Shown here piece by piece: positions 50,534 to 63,555 of a stretch of DNA of 64,000 nucleotides. A program made the position numbers and the translations under genes. Source of the stretch: Diadema antillarum. Lineage: Eukaryota. The stretch lies in the NCBI RefSeq assembly GCF_040938485.1, contig NW_027272031.1, positions 434,001 to 498,000 on the forward strand. Reading direction: 5' to 3'. Within the stretch, counting starts at the first letter, position 1; each line of letters starts with the position of its first letter. A model generated the notes under the pieces. The model made no database searches. It saw only the letters and a list, made by a program, of their open reading frames with translations, and was not told the DNA's origin.

Positions 50534-51419
50534 CTGAAAGTGAAACTAACCTCTGAAGTGAATGCTAAAGGGAATGTAAGGAGTTTACCACATACAGTAT
50601 AAAAGTGGTCACTCTTTCTATGAAAACAAGTATTAAAAGGCTCCAACGTTAATTTGAGGGGAGAAGTTTAATTTTGGGAGTTTTAGCATCTCTCTACCAA
50701 TTTATGTAATTTGTCTGATTTCAGTTTCCAATTCCATTAATAAAAACCTTAATCACTGTCTTTTTCTTATACAGGAACAAATCAATTATAGTGTATATTA
50801 TTGTTGCATATTCAATATTTTATCAGCGCAAAAGATAGAACTGTGATTTAACACATTATACTTTTCTTTCTGAGGTGATTTTCCCCGCAGAAGGAATTGA
50901 CCATCTTCTAATGCTACTGTTAAAAGTAATCTGTTTAAAGGTTAACATGGCATGTCCAACTGTTTTATCACCTCTTTGAATTGGTATTTCTTCAACTGCA
51001 CACCTCGGATGACTTTCCCCTTTAAAACATAATATTTGTTCAAGCTAATGAATGCCCCTGCATTATACCCCACGCAGGTTATTATGCGTCATCGGGCTAC
51101 CCACAGGCGGCGCTTCTGTTAGATTACTGTCCATAACAGCGACGATTCCTGCGCATGCAAGCACACGGCCTGGGGATGGAATGAAATTATTTAGCTGGAA
51201 AGGTGTTGAGGAGCAGTGGGCCTGGGGGAAAGAGACAAGGGGGAAAGAGGAAATGTGCTTACTCTGCACCCCTGTCAAATACAGCCTTAATGGATTTCTG
51301 GGCACTTTTCATAACAGGCATTCCAATACATCCACATCTATACATCATGTATTTATCTTACTTTTCTTCCTTAATAACTGGAATATTTTTTCAGTCATTA
51401 AAATGAAAGGTGAATATGT

Positions 51420-51745
51420 AATAACTGATAGAAATCGACCCATTGTAAAAAATTGTATTGATGGTTGTGGTGATGATAGAAAGTAGCCGCTGTGAAGATG
51501 GTATTGGTGGTTGTGGTAAAAGTAGGAAATGGCCCATAGTGAAGATGGTATTTGTGGTTGAGGTAATAGTAGAGAGTGGTAAAGATGATATCAAGTGAAC
51601 CACTGTGGAGATAGTATCGGTTGTTATGATCTACTGAGTTGGTGGTGGTGGTGGTGGTTGTAATGATATAGATGGTACTGATATCATTGGCAGTGGCAAT
51701 GGTTACAGTGGTGGTCGTAGAATGATGCTAGTGGCAATCGTGATA
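51420..51745. repeat. Degenerate (GGT/GAT)n low-complexity tract
   Basis: Seen directly. Confidence 0.75.
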
Positions 51746-54700
51746 GAGGTTATTACACGCAAATTTCATATAATTCACAATCAAAGTTTGATTAAACCTT
51801 CGGACGCTTTCGCATACTCTTTTCTGCAGGCTTCACTGGACTGGCGCTGACTCGCCACTGATGGGGTACCAACAGTGTTTTAATAGGGTCTGCGACAATG
51901 GGCATGTAGGGCCTACATGGAAGACAATTTTTTTTTTTTTTTTTTTTTGCACAGAGATATGCATCACAATACAAAAATCATTTCATCTTAAGATTTATTT
52001 TCTTTGAAATCCTCCTGATAATTTGCCTCTGGTACTAAAAAAAAGGGGAAAAAATCTCATGATGCATCTCACTACAAAAGGCATGGTGAGGGTGCCTGGG
52101 GTCAAGCTCCTACCACTGCTTAAAAAGGGACAGTTTAAAGATTACAAGTGCTTCGCTAGTACTCCAATGATTTTGGGGGGTTTTTTGGCATGTATTTTGA
52201 CAGTCATTACAATCAAGGTTTGCATTGTTATCAAGACACACATAACTCTTCTGTGTGAATGGTTCTAATATGTCCATCTATCTACAAGTGACTTTCACCA
52301 ATATCACTGACTTCCCATTGCTCACTCCACGTTCTATCCAATTTTATGGTCCATCATTAGTAAAAGACACCTCAAAAGGTGATATGCACCACCATCGAAG
52401 GAGCATGACCTTCAAAGGTGTCTGTTGCTGAGGACATGAGCGCTGGATCTTTGGTCTTCTTCCATCTGGTTGGATGTATTTTTGATTGTCAGGCTTTGGA
52501 AGATATAATGGCCTTTTCACAGCCGGGACTTGTGCCGTTTGCCGGTCAGGGGAGGTCATTGGCGCGATGCTAACGACTTTGGCAGCGGACATCCGATTGT
52601 TAACGATGGAGGGAACCAGTGGACTGGGGCTCCTGGGATCTGGAAATCTACTCCCTGGAAGTCTGAGGTTCGCGGGGCTACTCCTACAGCAGAATAACGA
52701 CAGTTTAGGGATCCATTGTCTCGTACAAGAACCAATTATTGTCTGTAGACATTTCAGATTCATATCGTGATTAAAATCATTTGATATGCAGCTGCATTTT
52801 CACTTTAAATTGACTTTACTGTTTTATTTTTTTACTTTGTTGTCTCCTAATGACCTACTGACAAAAATTTCAACTTGATTTGTGGAATGTTTGCTATTAT
52901 CAAGAGTCATCATTTTTTTCATATTAAATTTCACCATTCCTATGCAAGAAGAGAACAGTTTTTTTGATAATGAACATATAATGACCTGAAAGAAGAGGAC
53001 AAGTTAAGAAAACACATTGAGACTTGAAATCAGACTTCACTATCTGAATGTCATTGAAGATAACATCTCAACAGGCATCTCTTAACAGATACATTGTAGT
53101 ATGATCACACAATTCTAACTGTTTTAGTATTCTTACTTGTAACAAGCTTTGGTCATGATTTGTCAACACTTTTACTGTTGTTTTTTGCTTGTTGAGGTTT
53201 TTTTCTTTTAATGAAACATCTTTTTTAAACCTCTACTAAGGATACATCTGGGGCATTACTGTCATATCAAGTTTTCCAACACTTGAATTCCATGTCTTTA
53301 TATTGAAAATCATGAAAACTCACAATATGTGGTCAAATTATGTAAAAAGCAAATAAAAAGTTCTCTGGGGAGTTTTTGTACAAACCCATTGCAAAACCAC
53401 ACATCAACTACCATGTTGGATATTAAACATTCTGACATTAGAATAGTCAAACCTGTGTCACCATTTGTCAAATCTGAGATTTCCCCAAATCCATTGATTA
53501 CTGTAATTTCCAGTCCAGACACACAGTTTTCATTAGTTTCTCTTTGGTATTTTTTTTTAAATGTCTTCTGTTTTGTTTTCCCTAGGTGATTTTTCCTTTA
53601 ACAATCATTACAATTCGATAATGGTTTTGAGATAAACATGAAGAGGCGGAAACCACAGGACGTGCTTCAGTGATTACATCCGCACATTATTCCTAGTGGT
53701 GTATATGCACAGCTTTCAAACAACGGAAGATTCTCATGATTAATGTATCTATGGTTTGGCTATTGAGAGATTATCACCACAAGTCACGCAACCTAGATAT
53801 GGGGAGTATCCTGTTTGTCTTTCACTTAATCCAATGTCATGGTGCATCAATTGGGCCATTCTCACAGTGTTTTGCAAAAATACTATGACAACTGAATTCA
53901 TAAAAATGACTGTTTACATTCCAATCAAAACACAGCAGTTATAACAGTTGCCTTAATGTTTAAACTTTATCAATGACATGTAACATAATATCAACAAATA
54001 GCTCATCCTGCTAGCTCTTTCCAAGCTTGATGTGCAAATTTTCAACTCATGCGAACTTGCAAGTGGGAGGTACTATATGGCCTACACACTTCTAGAGACT
54101 GTAATTGCCAAGTCATTAGAAAGCATAGATGTTACTCGTGTAAACAAAACCTTGAGAGATTAGCTGATACCCGTCAAAAGTCTGCACTAGCATTTACTCG
54201 CATGAAATGAAAATTCATACAATGCCTTACACGATCATCACAAGAATTTACGATTTATGGGTGGCCCGATTTATTCACTGCCCACCAGGGCACATTGGTA
54301 AACCATGAATACCACTGGTCAGCAAATATATTGTATGTGCATCAAAGCATGCGCTCACTGGTAAAGTCGACTACAATATTACTGTATGCTGTGTGTGCAC
54401 ATACACAGAGATTAGTGATAAAGCTGTACAGTATGTCACCCCCCCCCCCCCCCCCAAAAAAAAAAAAAAAAAAAAATTACAATCAAATTATTATATTGAT
54501 AACACCCAATATGATTAAACTGTCTAAATGCTACTTCAGGGTCTTCAAACATAGCATCTTAGCTCTATTTTGCAGAAAACCCCGTTCAATTTGGTTAAGC
54601 GGTCACAGGGAAACGTGAAAAGTTGTAAAGCATGTCATGAGTCTGATTCTTCCAAGTTTAGCACTTCAATGTTTTTATGTGTGAATACAATAGACATAAC

Positions 54701-54990
54701 TTGGAGGGAAGAGATTCTTGACATCCTCTATAAAATTCCTCATTTCTCTTTGACCACTGAAGCAAATCGAATGGGGTTTTCTGTAAGACGTGGGCAACGA
54801 GTTACGGTTTCATATCCTGAATTTGTATTTGGATTGATTCACTATTTTTAAAGATATCATTGCGGAGGGTCCTGTTGTAATTTTTTGGGGGACATATGGT
54901 AATATGATCCGGTGCAGGGATTGTCAAATTATATCTGATTCTGAGGGAACCAGTCTTCCCACTCCATGGTGTCCCCATGCTATCAGATCT

Positions 54991-55081
54991 TTAACCCTTT
55001 CTCTGCCAATGAGTCAAAATGTGCACTAATTTCACACACATCCCTATGGAGAGAAAATTGATGTGGCGTGCAGAGGGTTAA
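54991..55081. mobile_element. Tiny piggyBac-like MITE of a second family
   Basis: TTAA-CCCTTTCTCTGCCA ... TGGCGTGCAGAGGG-TTAA, 91 bp, with an imperfect TIR. Confidence 0.55.
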
Positions 55082-55686
55082 AATGAACTGCTTGGGTCCA
55101 GCATTGGCTTGGTGAATAGCAAGGGGATAAAAACCAGTTGTCGCTCCAGGTACCCCAAGTGATAGCTGTCTTCCCTGTCAAATCCACCAGTCATCAAGGG
55201 GCTTCTACCGGTTACGCACCACTACCTGTCACAGTCGATGGTGATGGGTTCTTGGATCACTGCTTTATACTTATTCAAGGAGCGCATCACCCCATGGAAT
55301 TCTTCATCCTTCCCGGTAGATATGTGCTCACACAAAGTTCTTATATAGAAGCAAACACATACCTTTACTAGTGGTGCTTTTCGTTTATCAATTATGATTT
55401 TCTGAATTATTTTTACCCATATTATATCACAAACACAATTTCTTCTTAGTACCAAAGCCTTCAATTGGTTTATTGTAATACTTCCATTTTGTCAGCCATG
55501 TGTCAGCGAATATGTTCATCAAAGCGTACTCTCATCGGTAACGGTCAGGTCCATTCAAGATTCTTTTGGCTGAGTATGTACTTAATCAGTCATAAAGCTG
55601 TACACATTTCCTTATGCAGATTCTCCACTATATCCAAGTTGGGCCTACATTCCAACTCCTTGGTATATCTTCATGCTACTGGGTCT

Positions 55687-56263
55687 TTAAAGGACAAGTT
55701 CACCCTTATAAACATAAGGATTGAGAGAATGCAGCAATATTAGTAGAACACATCAGTGAAAGTTTGAGGAAAATTGGACAATCGATGCAAAAGTTATGAA
55801 TTTTTCAAATTTTTGTGTTGGAACCGCTGTATGAGGAGACTACTATAGCTTATGAGTCATATGCGTACAACAGTATAAAGAAAATGCAAAGAAAATTTAA
55901 CATATTTTCACTTTTTTCGCATAATAAAAGAGCACTTGACTTGCCCTTTTCTAAAGGGCAGGGGGAATAATATTACCCATAACATATGTCGGTAACGAGT
56001 CAAGGGAATGTGTACTTTTTTCAAAAGAAGAAATTTTGTGAAAATCTCTTTATATTTTCCTTATATTGTTGTACGCATGTGACATCTAAGTTTTTCATAC
56101 ACTGCAGTAGTCTTCTCATCCAGCGGTTACTGCACAAAAACTTCAAAAATTCATAACTTTTGAACGGATTGTCCGATTTTCCTCAAACTTTCAATGATGT
56201 GTTCTACTAATATTGCTACATTCTCTCAATCCTTATGTTTATGAAGGTGAACTTGTCCTTTAA
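55687..56263. mobile_element. Kolobok-type long-TIR MITE, family A
   Basis: TTAA-AGGACAAGTTCACC ... GGTGAACTTGTCCT-TTAA with long inverted arms. Confidence 0.9.
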
Positions 56264-56424
56264 CTGATGGCTACTGGGAAGCTGGTGAGATCTGTGTGGA
56301 GTCTATGAGAATCTCACAATCTTTTATTCAAGGGATATAAAGGCAAGATACTGTACCAATCATAACGGACCCTTCCAACACACTCTGCAGTGTGAACTGA
56401 CAGACCTGGAATATCTGTATATCA

Positions 56425-56660
56425 ATCATTTATTCTTCTTTTAATTATCTATCTACATTATTGCATATATAACTGTCTATCAGTATCCATCTATCTGTCC
56501 ATCCATCCATCCAATCATCTTTTCATCTTTCTATCAGTCAATCTTTCATTTTCTCTATCAGTTTATCAGATCTATCTATTCATCTACCTTTCTATCTGTC
56601 TATATTGACTACGTACTAGATATACATCAATCTATCTACCAATCATTGCATCTACATTGT
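56425..56660. repeat. Degenerate (TCTA/TCCA)n microsatellite
   Basis: Seen directly. Confidence 0.8.
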
Positions 56661-59518
56661 ACACTACCTAACTGAACTTGCAGAGCATCAGTCAGGGGTG
56701 GTCATATAAGAGAATTTCCTTTACCACAGGAATGCTTCATTCAATAGCAATATGATTTGATGTTGTGACACACTAATGTTTGCATCTTCAGCTATAATGA
56801 TCCCATCCCCTCTCCTATGTGTTGCAAATGTGGCCCACTGTCTTTGGCATTTTCCTGTGCATCTGATGAGTTTAATTGGAAACATGGCCAGCGATCTGCT
56901 AGCAGGCAGATCAGTGCTCCTTGTAGCAGGAAGTAACAATCGGCAGAATGAGAGCAATTTCCCAAGAATTCTTTTTAGGGGTGCTCTCTATGCCGGGTCA
57001 TCATTTATTCTGTGACTCACGCCACTCGCTCCCATGAAGAAGACAGGTCTGCCACGATCAAGAGTTGTCACGGTAACATCGTCATGTCGAGGGACTGATC
57101 AAGTTTGAAGGAGCGAGGGCAGGCTAACCGAGGGATAGGATATCCTAATAAAATTCTTCTGATGGGAGAAGACCAATGAATGGGGGAAGGATCACTCATT
57201 TGTACCTACATCCTAAACTCTCTTCAAAAATACTTGAACAAGAATATGAACCAGTAACCTGCTAAGACTTGGCTGTATTCAACATGGTGCCTTGACTAGT
57301 TTTGAAATAATTCAGAGCTCATTATATACATGTAACTGAATTTTCAATGGAAAAAGAGCACAATCACCAATTTCTACATGTGAAATATAGAACAGAGCAA
57401 AATCTCTTTCTCTGAGAAACTAAAGCTTATGACATTTTATATTCCATATCAAAGCAATTAGGGTCAATGACATAATTCAATATTGTGATCAAGAGCATGT
57501 TAGGCTTGCAACTGGGGAGCAATCAGAATATATCACACTAATTGAGTTTATATTTCACCAGTTCAAAACAATTACTGGAGCGCTAAATGGCATTTTAGGT
57601 CAAATTTTACATGCTTTCAATTATTTGGTGTTTGCACATTAATCCGAGGCTTTGCAGTTCACGGATGATTCAGGTCTCATGACAATGCCATTGTCTGTGT
57701 CGGCCCTCATTGTTCCGCCGAAAATTAACGAGGAAAAAAAAAAGGCAAATTGTGACACAAACAAGTCATGATGACGGTGTGGCTACATACGGATCATGTG
57801 ACCATTTTTTGGATTGTGGGATGCGGCAGAGTTCACACTGAAAAATGGTGAATGCACAACTGATGAGCACATCATCTCTACTGCATATCCTATGCCGTCT
57901 CTATTGCATTTTTTTTTTCTCTCTCTCCACATTCTTAATAAATTCTTCTACAGAAAATGAACAAGTACAAGTTCCTTGGTTTGCTTGCAAAATATCTTGA
58001 GGGGAAAATGTCATAAAGGAGGCCCAACTCATTTGATGTTTTCAGGATGAACACCATGTTTAAAATAGGAGGATGCTCTGTAACATGTTCCCATTTACAT
58101 TCAGTTATTGCCCAAACACAACAAGTTTCTTTCTAACACTGTACATTCTTAGCAGGTCAAATTTTCCAGCTCACCAACTATCATCAATTAAAATTCACAC
58201 TCTTTTTTTTCTTCAGCGGAAGGTCATTAAGACACAAAGAGCATGCATCACCAAACCCAAGGACTGTCTAGACAAATTAAACCATCCATATGTCCTGCCG
58301 AGTGATTTGGGTCAAGCTGGAAGATTCATGCGGCAATTTCAACCTTGTTGGTTGCCGTTATTTCCCTAGAGGCGTGGCTTTAAGATGGCCGCCACGTGTT
58401 AATTCGACCGAGTGCGGAGATGCCCTCCACCATATGGTTCAATTCTAATGTCTCCTTCATTCTATCACATGATTAGCGGAGTGTCTGAAAGTCTCTCATC
58501 TCTTTTTCTCTATCTCCCTCTCCTACCACCCCACCCCACCCCCATCCTATCGCATCGTATCTCATCATGTGTCGGTTCCAGCCAGAGGAGGTACATGTAT
58601 ATCAGGCCTTGATACATCACTACTACGAGGCATTATTTTCTATTTTTACATCACCAAATGAAGTCATCCCCTTCGGATAATCTGTTGGCTTCTGTTTCTA
58701 TCATACATTGTAGTAATCATGTTCTACAGTCTGCATTGCATGGAATGTGACTTGCAGGTAAAAATCATAGCATTTATATCATTTCAGTCTGTATGCAATT
58801 CAATAACATATTTTGTATACTGTCACAAAATGAAGTGTTCATCTCATCAAACACTGTTTCTATGAACAGAACGTACATGTATCTACAATAAAGGATTGGC
58901 AAATCATGCAAGCTGTTATTAACGCAGCTCCTCACTTGATCTGCAGTCTCTATTGATGGTCATATACCATAATCATGACATTCATCGCAGTAACTCAAAC
59001 CTTATAGTTGTGTTGTTGTTTGGGATTTTTTTGCTTTATCAAGAGCTGAGACATTGAAGGGAGCTAAAGCTGCAGAGTTGTACAAATTCATGCTCCCATT
59101 GCTATTTCAAAGAACATATAGCCCTGCATGTGTATCACAGAACACATTAGATACTTGGCTTGTAAAGAGTGATTAATTACACTAAATGTGAAAGAGCTCT
59201 GACAATACAATAACAGCAAAACACATAAAGCGGGACTGTTACAAGGTTAACAGTGCATTTCTACTGGTCTGTGTGCATCACAGAGCAACCGCCTTGCCAC
59301 ACAAATATGTGATCACGATTGATTCATGTACGTACATTTGTAGGTTTGTTTACTTTGTGGCACACCTCAAAAATTTCAGTCATCATAACCTATGAGTCAT
59401 CAAAATTGTTTGCACACAATATTGAGGAAGAAAATTATTTTGAATCCTGCCTTATTGGGCGACAAGTGGATCACATAATTTCATTTGCATCTTGGTCTAG
59501 ATATATTTACAAAAGTAC

Positions 59519-59539
59519 CTATTACCCGGTACACTGTGT
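59519..59539 (-). CDS. Candidate 21-bp micro-exon
   Basis: cttttttcccttcag|ACACAGTGTACCGGGTAATAG|gtactt, open in phases 1 and 2. Confidence 0.25.
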
Positions 59540-60054
59540 CTGAAGGGAAAAAAGATTAATTTGACGTGAAATTTGCCTCATAACATTATATAGTATACAC
59601 AAAGTTGAACATTTGCAAAAATTGACTAATACAGACACACTCTGCTTGTTATACAATCTATTGAAATGATTTTAACAAATTTCAGACACACAAAAAAGAG
59701 GTCTTATCCTTTTGTTAAATAAATGTTCATGATTGTCATTCATTTTGACACAAATGAGAAATTGGCTAAATCTGGTAATATACCAGAAAATTACAGAAAT
59801 ACAAGGAAAAAAGGAGACCATCAAGACCCACCTGAATGTCAGCAGTGAGTCTTGCATTTTAAATCAGAAATCATAATAATTATTTACATGATCAGATTAT
59901 TGAATTGGGTATATTTTTCTGCCATACCCCATATCAGATATTGCAATATCTGCACAAATACAATGAACTACATCTAAGTCCTATTTTTTCACCTGTCACA
60001 GAATGGTTGATTCACTGCATGGGAGCAGAACTCTCTCTTTCAGATTAATACACC

Positions 60055-60960
60055 ATTTCTTTAAGATTGCTAAACTACAACATATTCCTTTAAGATTGTT
60101 AAACTATTCCCCGAATATACACTGAATAGTTTCTTTATAAGGTTGCCAAACTATTCCTTAAAGGGAAGATAAACCCCAAGAGCAATGTGGATTGAGTGAA
60201 AGCAGCAACATTAGTAGAACACATCAGTGAAAGTTTGAAGAAAATCGGACAATCGATGCAAAGGTTATGAATTTTTAAAGTTTTGATGTTGGAACCGCTG
60301 GGTGAGGAGACTACTAGAGGTTATGACGTATGAGTGGACAACAATACCAAGAAAATATAATGAAAATTCTGCAAAAATCCATTTTTCATGAAAATTACAA
60401 ATTCCATCAACTTGATATTGACATATGTTAAGGGTAACAATTATTCCCCCTGCTTTCTGAAAGCGGTTGGTCCATTGCTCTTGCATGATTCTAGAAAAGT
60501 GAATTTTTGTTGAATTTCCTTTATATTTTCTTTGTATTGTTGTCCACTCATACGTCATATCCTCTAGTAGTCTCCTCACCCAGCGGTTCCAACACCAAAA
60601 CTTTAAAAATTCATAACTTTTGCATCGATTGTCCGATTTTCCTCAAACTTTCACTGATGTGTTCTACTAATGTTGCTGCTTTCACTCAATCCACATTGTT
60701 CTTTGGGTTTACCTTCCCTTTAAGATTGCTAACTCAATAAGATTGGTGAACTGAACTATTCCCTCAAGATTATTGAACTATTACTTCAAGTTCATTGAAT
60801 TATTCCGTAAACATTGTTGAACAATTCCTTTAAATTTCTGAACTACATGCCTATATGTATTCCTTGAAATGCTGAAAATTTACTTTAAGATTGATAAACT
60901 ATTCCTTTAACATTGATATGTACAATGTACACTATTCCTTTAAGATAGTTAAACTATTCC
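60055..60960. repeat. Degenerate roughly 22-bp minisatellite (AACTATTCCTTTAAGATTGTTA) interrupted by a MITE
   Basis: The unit recurs many times on both sides of 60158-60723. Confidence 0.8.
60158..60723. mobile_element. Kolobok-type long-TIR MITE, family A (best-preserved copy, 558 bp plus TTAA TSDs)
   Basis: TTAA-AGGGAAG ... CTTCCCT-TTAA, with arms of about 200 bp that are near-perfect reverse complements. Confidence 0.92.
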
Positions 60961-61678
60961 ACAGCCCTGGGAGCTATCATCATCCTGATATTTGAATGGT
61001 GAAACTAGCAGACTAGCATTCCTGTCTCATTCATTAGGCTGTAGATTAACCCACAAACTTAACATCTGTGAGACAGGCCTTTGCTGTTCCCCCTAGCACT
61101 CCACACATTATAATGTAGCATGCATACACTGCAGTGACAATTACACCAGGAAGCAGCAAATGATTAATACAAACTGTACTGCATATGGCTACAGGTCAAT
61201 GTGAGGTCACCAATGTCACTGCATTCCTTGGAATTATTCTCTTGTGCAGCAACCATTCTGTCTGTCAGTAAATGCCTCCTGGCAAGGCCATGTACATTGT
61301 ATGTAAAAGTACATGACTACAAATGCATTTGATATAAAACAGATAATGAATACTTCATAATATGCACAATGAAATAGTATGATGAGAAATATATGATGAG
61401 AGTTCAAAAGAAATATTTACATACAGTCTATGTCCACAACATAACAGGACACAAAAGGGTAATGAACTTTATATGAACTCTTTTCTCTAGAGACCAATAG
61501 ACCTGCTTTAATACGAAGATATATTCAAATCTTATGCATGATATACCTAAATATCACGAAGATTGCTTCTGACAACGAGACTGCTAGCTCAAGGCTTGCC
61601 TAAGTATAACAACTAATGCATGCAAAATGTATTCATGTCCTGAAATGCACTTTTTATAGTGTAGTTACAGAAGAACAG

Positions 61679-61802
61679 GGCCCTGTTTTACGAAGATTTA
61701 AAATTGATTATATACACGTGTAGTTGATTTTAACTGTAAGTCTATGGCAGCCTGTGTAGTAAGGAAACTTAAAATCGATTTTATCTTTTGATTTACAGGG
61801 CC
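61679..61802. mobile_element. PIF/Harbinger-like MITE (124 bp) with a 3-bp CAG TSD
   Basis: CAG-GGCCCTGT ... ACAGGGCC-CAG. Confidence 0.7.
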
Positions 61803-62929
61803 CAGGTATAGTAACTCATTACAAGGTCTTCAGAGGGAAAATATCAAAAAAATAGAATCAATCCATAAACAAGCCTATTGGTAACTGATCGAAAAAGGTG
61901 ACTAAAACTTCAAAGGAATGATGTCACTAAAGAAGTATGGAATGTTATTGATCTGTTGAAACTTAACTTAACAAAACAAAAACAACAAAAGTGCATCATT
62001 TTACAAATAGTACATCGATGGAGTGGTACACATGCCAACATTCTGAAACAGTTGAAAAGACATCATATAATCATGTGATGCTCTTTAAACCAATACTTAA
62101 GAAGATAAATCTCTGATCCAAAATATAATGATTTTTATAGCCAGGTTTTTACAGCAAGGTTAACTGCCCCACATAATGAAATCTACATGTAAGAATCAAG
62201 GGGAAGTCCCTGGGTGAGCAAATTCCATCCTTTCAATTCCAAACAAAAGGCATTATACTGTACTGTGTTTGATTATCACACACCCACACTAATCTCTTCT
62301 ACCCGCATTGTATAAAATATAATAATTTACACAGATTCACTTGCATGTCAAATGCAAATTCATGCAATTTTAAACATTAAAAAACTACCTTATGATTGTA
62401 ATACTCCTCACAACAAGAGTGAACTTCACAGGTCTGAGTGGGTACTATACCCAGACAACTAAAAGAAAATCACTATGATGGCTAATTCATATCCGTGATA
62501 GTGAACTCATTAAAAGTCTGAATTGCACTGTTATCACGCGTATAGCGGAACATCATATGCCATTGTACGTGTAGTTTCAATCACATAGTCTTCCTTTACA
62601 GACTTTCTGTTTCATTTATGACACTGCATCTAAAAAGACAAGAGGACTTACAAACTGATAAAATTACACACCAACCAACTATTAATTTGCTTCTAAATTC
62701 GTGCAAACTTTTATTTTTTCAACAAAACGCAGTACATTACATTTGGACATCCACAACAAATATGAGAGCTGATATTAAAAAGGTTGGGAAGGAAGTGGGT
62801 CAATGGGTGAAAACTATCGGTGTTTTAAAACCATTAAACACAGCATTCACTACTCTGGAGATTTAAAGGAGGATCTCTTTATTTTCATGTGTTCCAGTAT
62901 TGGAGGGTTGCATCTGTAGCCTAGCCTAC

Positions 62930-62962
62930 CTCCAGAACCTTGATTCCAGAGACGTCTTCCAG
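62930..62962 (-). CDS. Candidate 33-bp exon (phase 0 reading LEDVSGIKVLE)
   Basis: aatttttctataaag|CTGGAAGAC...GTTCTGGAG|gtaggc, open in all phases. Confidence 0.25.
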
Positions 62963-63317
62963 CTTTATAGAAAAATTCACCCAAACAAAGAGTCTTTTTA
63001 AAGTAAAGTAAACTCATTGCACACATACATAGGAAAGTACTATTTTTAAAGCAGGAACAGTTTGAGCAAAAAGCAAACTATATAATCAGTGTGCTCAATA
63101 ATAAAGACAGTATTTTGGTGACATGATATCCTTTAATTTACAAGCATACATGTAAATCATGCATGTAAATCATGCAGCAGTCTCCCTCCTATGTTCTCGA
63201 GATCCCCCTTACTCACTACTTACAATATTATGTCAAATTAAGTGCCAAAAGATTTTCACCTTGACACTTACTAAACAGGCATCCATGCCACTGAACAATC
63301 ATGCATGCATTCTCAAC

Positions 63318-63555
63318 ATAATGATGATAATGTTCTTTATACCCAGGATAGTCTCTTCAGTGTTGTCACTGCTCTACCAAAGGGCCCTGCTATTATTATT
63401 ACCCAAGCATTGCCAGGTGCCCATTTATACACCTGGGTCAAGAGGGACGTAGTGGGTAAAACATCTTGTCCAAGGATGTAAGCACTGGGTGGCATTTGAA
63501 CTCGGGTCCTCCGATCAGGAGTCGAGAGTCTTATCCACTATGCCACAGCGCCCCC
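63318..63555 (-). mobile_element. tRNA-derived SINE, about 240 bp
   Basis: The minus strand has an A-box TGGCATAGTGG, a B-box-like GAGTTCAAATGCC, a body CCTTGGACAAGATGTTTTACCCAC...CCCAGGTGTATAAATGGGCACC resembling conserved central domains of metazoan SINEs, and a (CAT/TAT)n tail. Confidence 0.85.

Noticed and set aside
47244-52770. GC-richer ORF patches at 47.2-47.6 kb and 52.3-52.8 kb that both contain FPDP on the minus strand
   Set aside because: The surrounding sequences do not align. Probably unrelated decayed TE fragments.
56855-56885. CTGATGAG...GAAAC hammerhead-like words
   Set aside because: No base-paired stem II between the motifs and no stems I/III. The other CTGATGA hits also lack the fold.
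57768-57841. Possible C/D-box snoRNA (ATGATGA ... CTGA)
   Set aside because: No terminal stem, no clear D'/C' boxes, and the putative guide matches the recalled 28S rRNA sequence only imperfectly.
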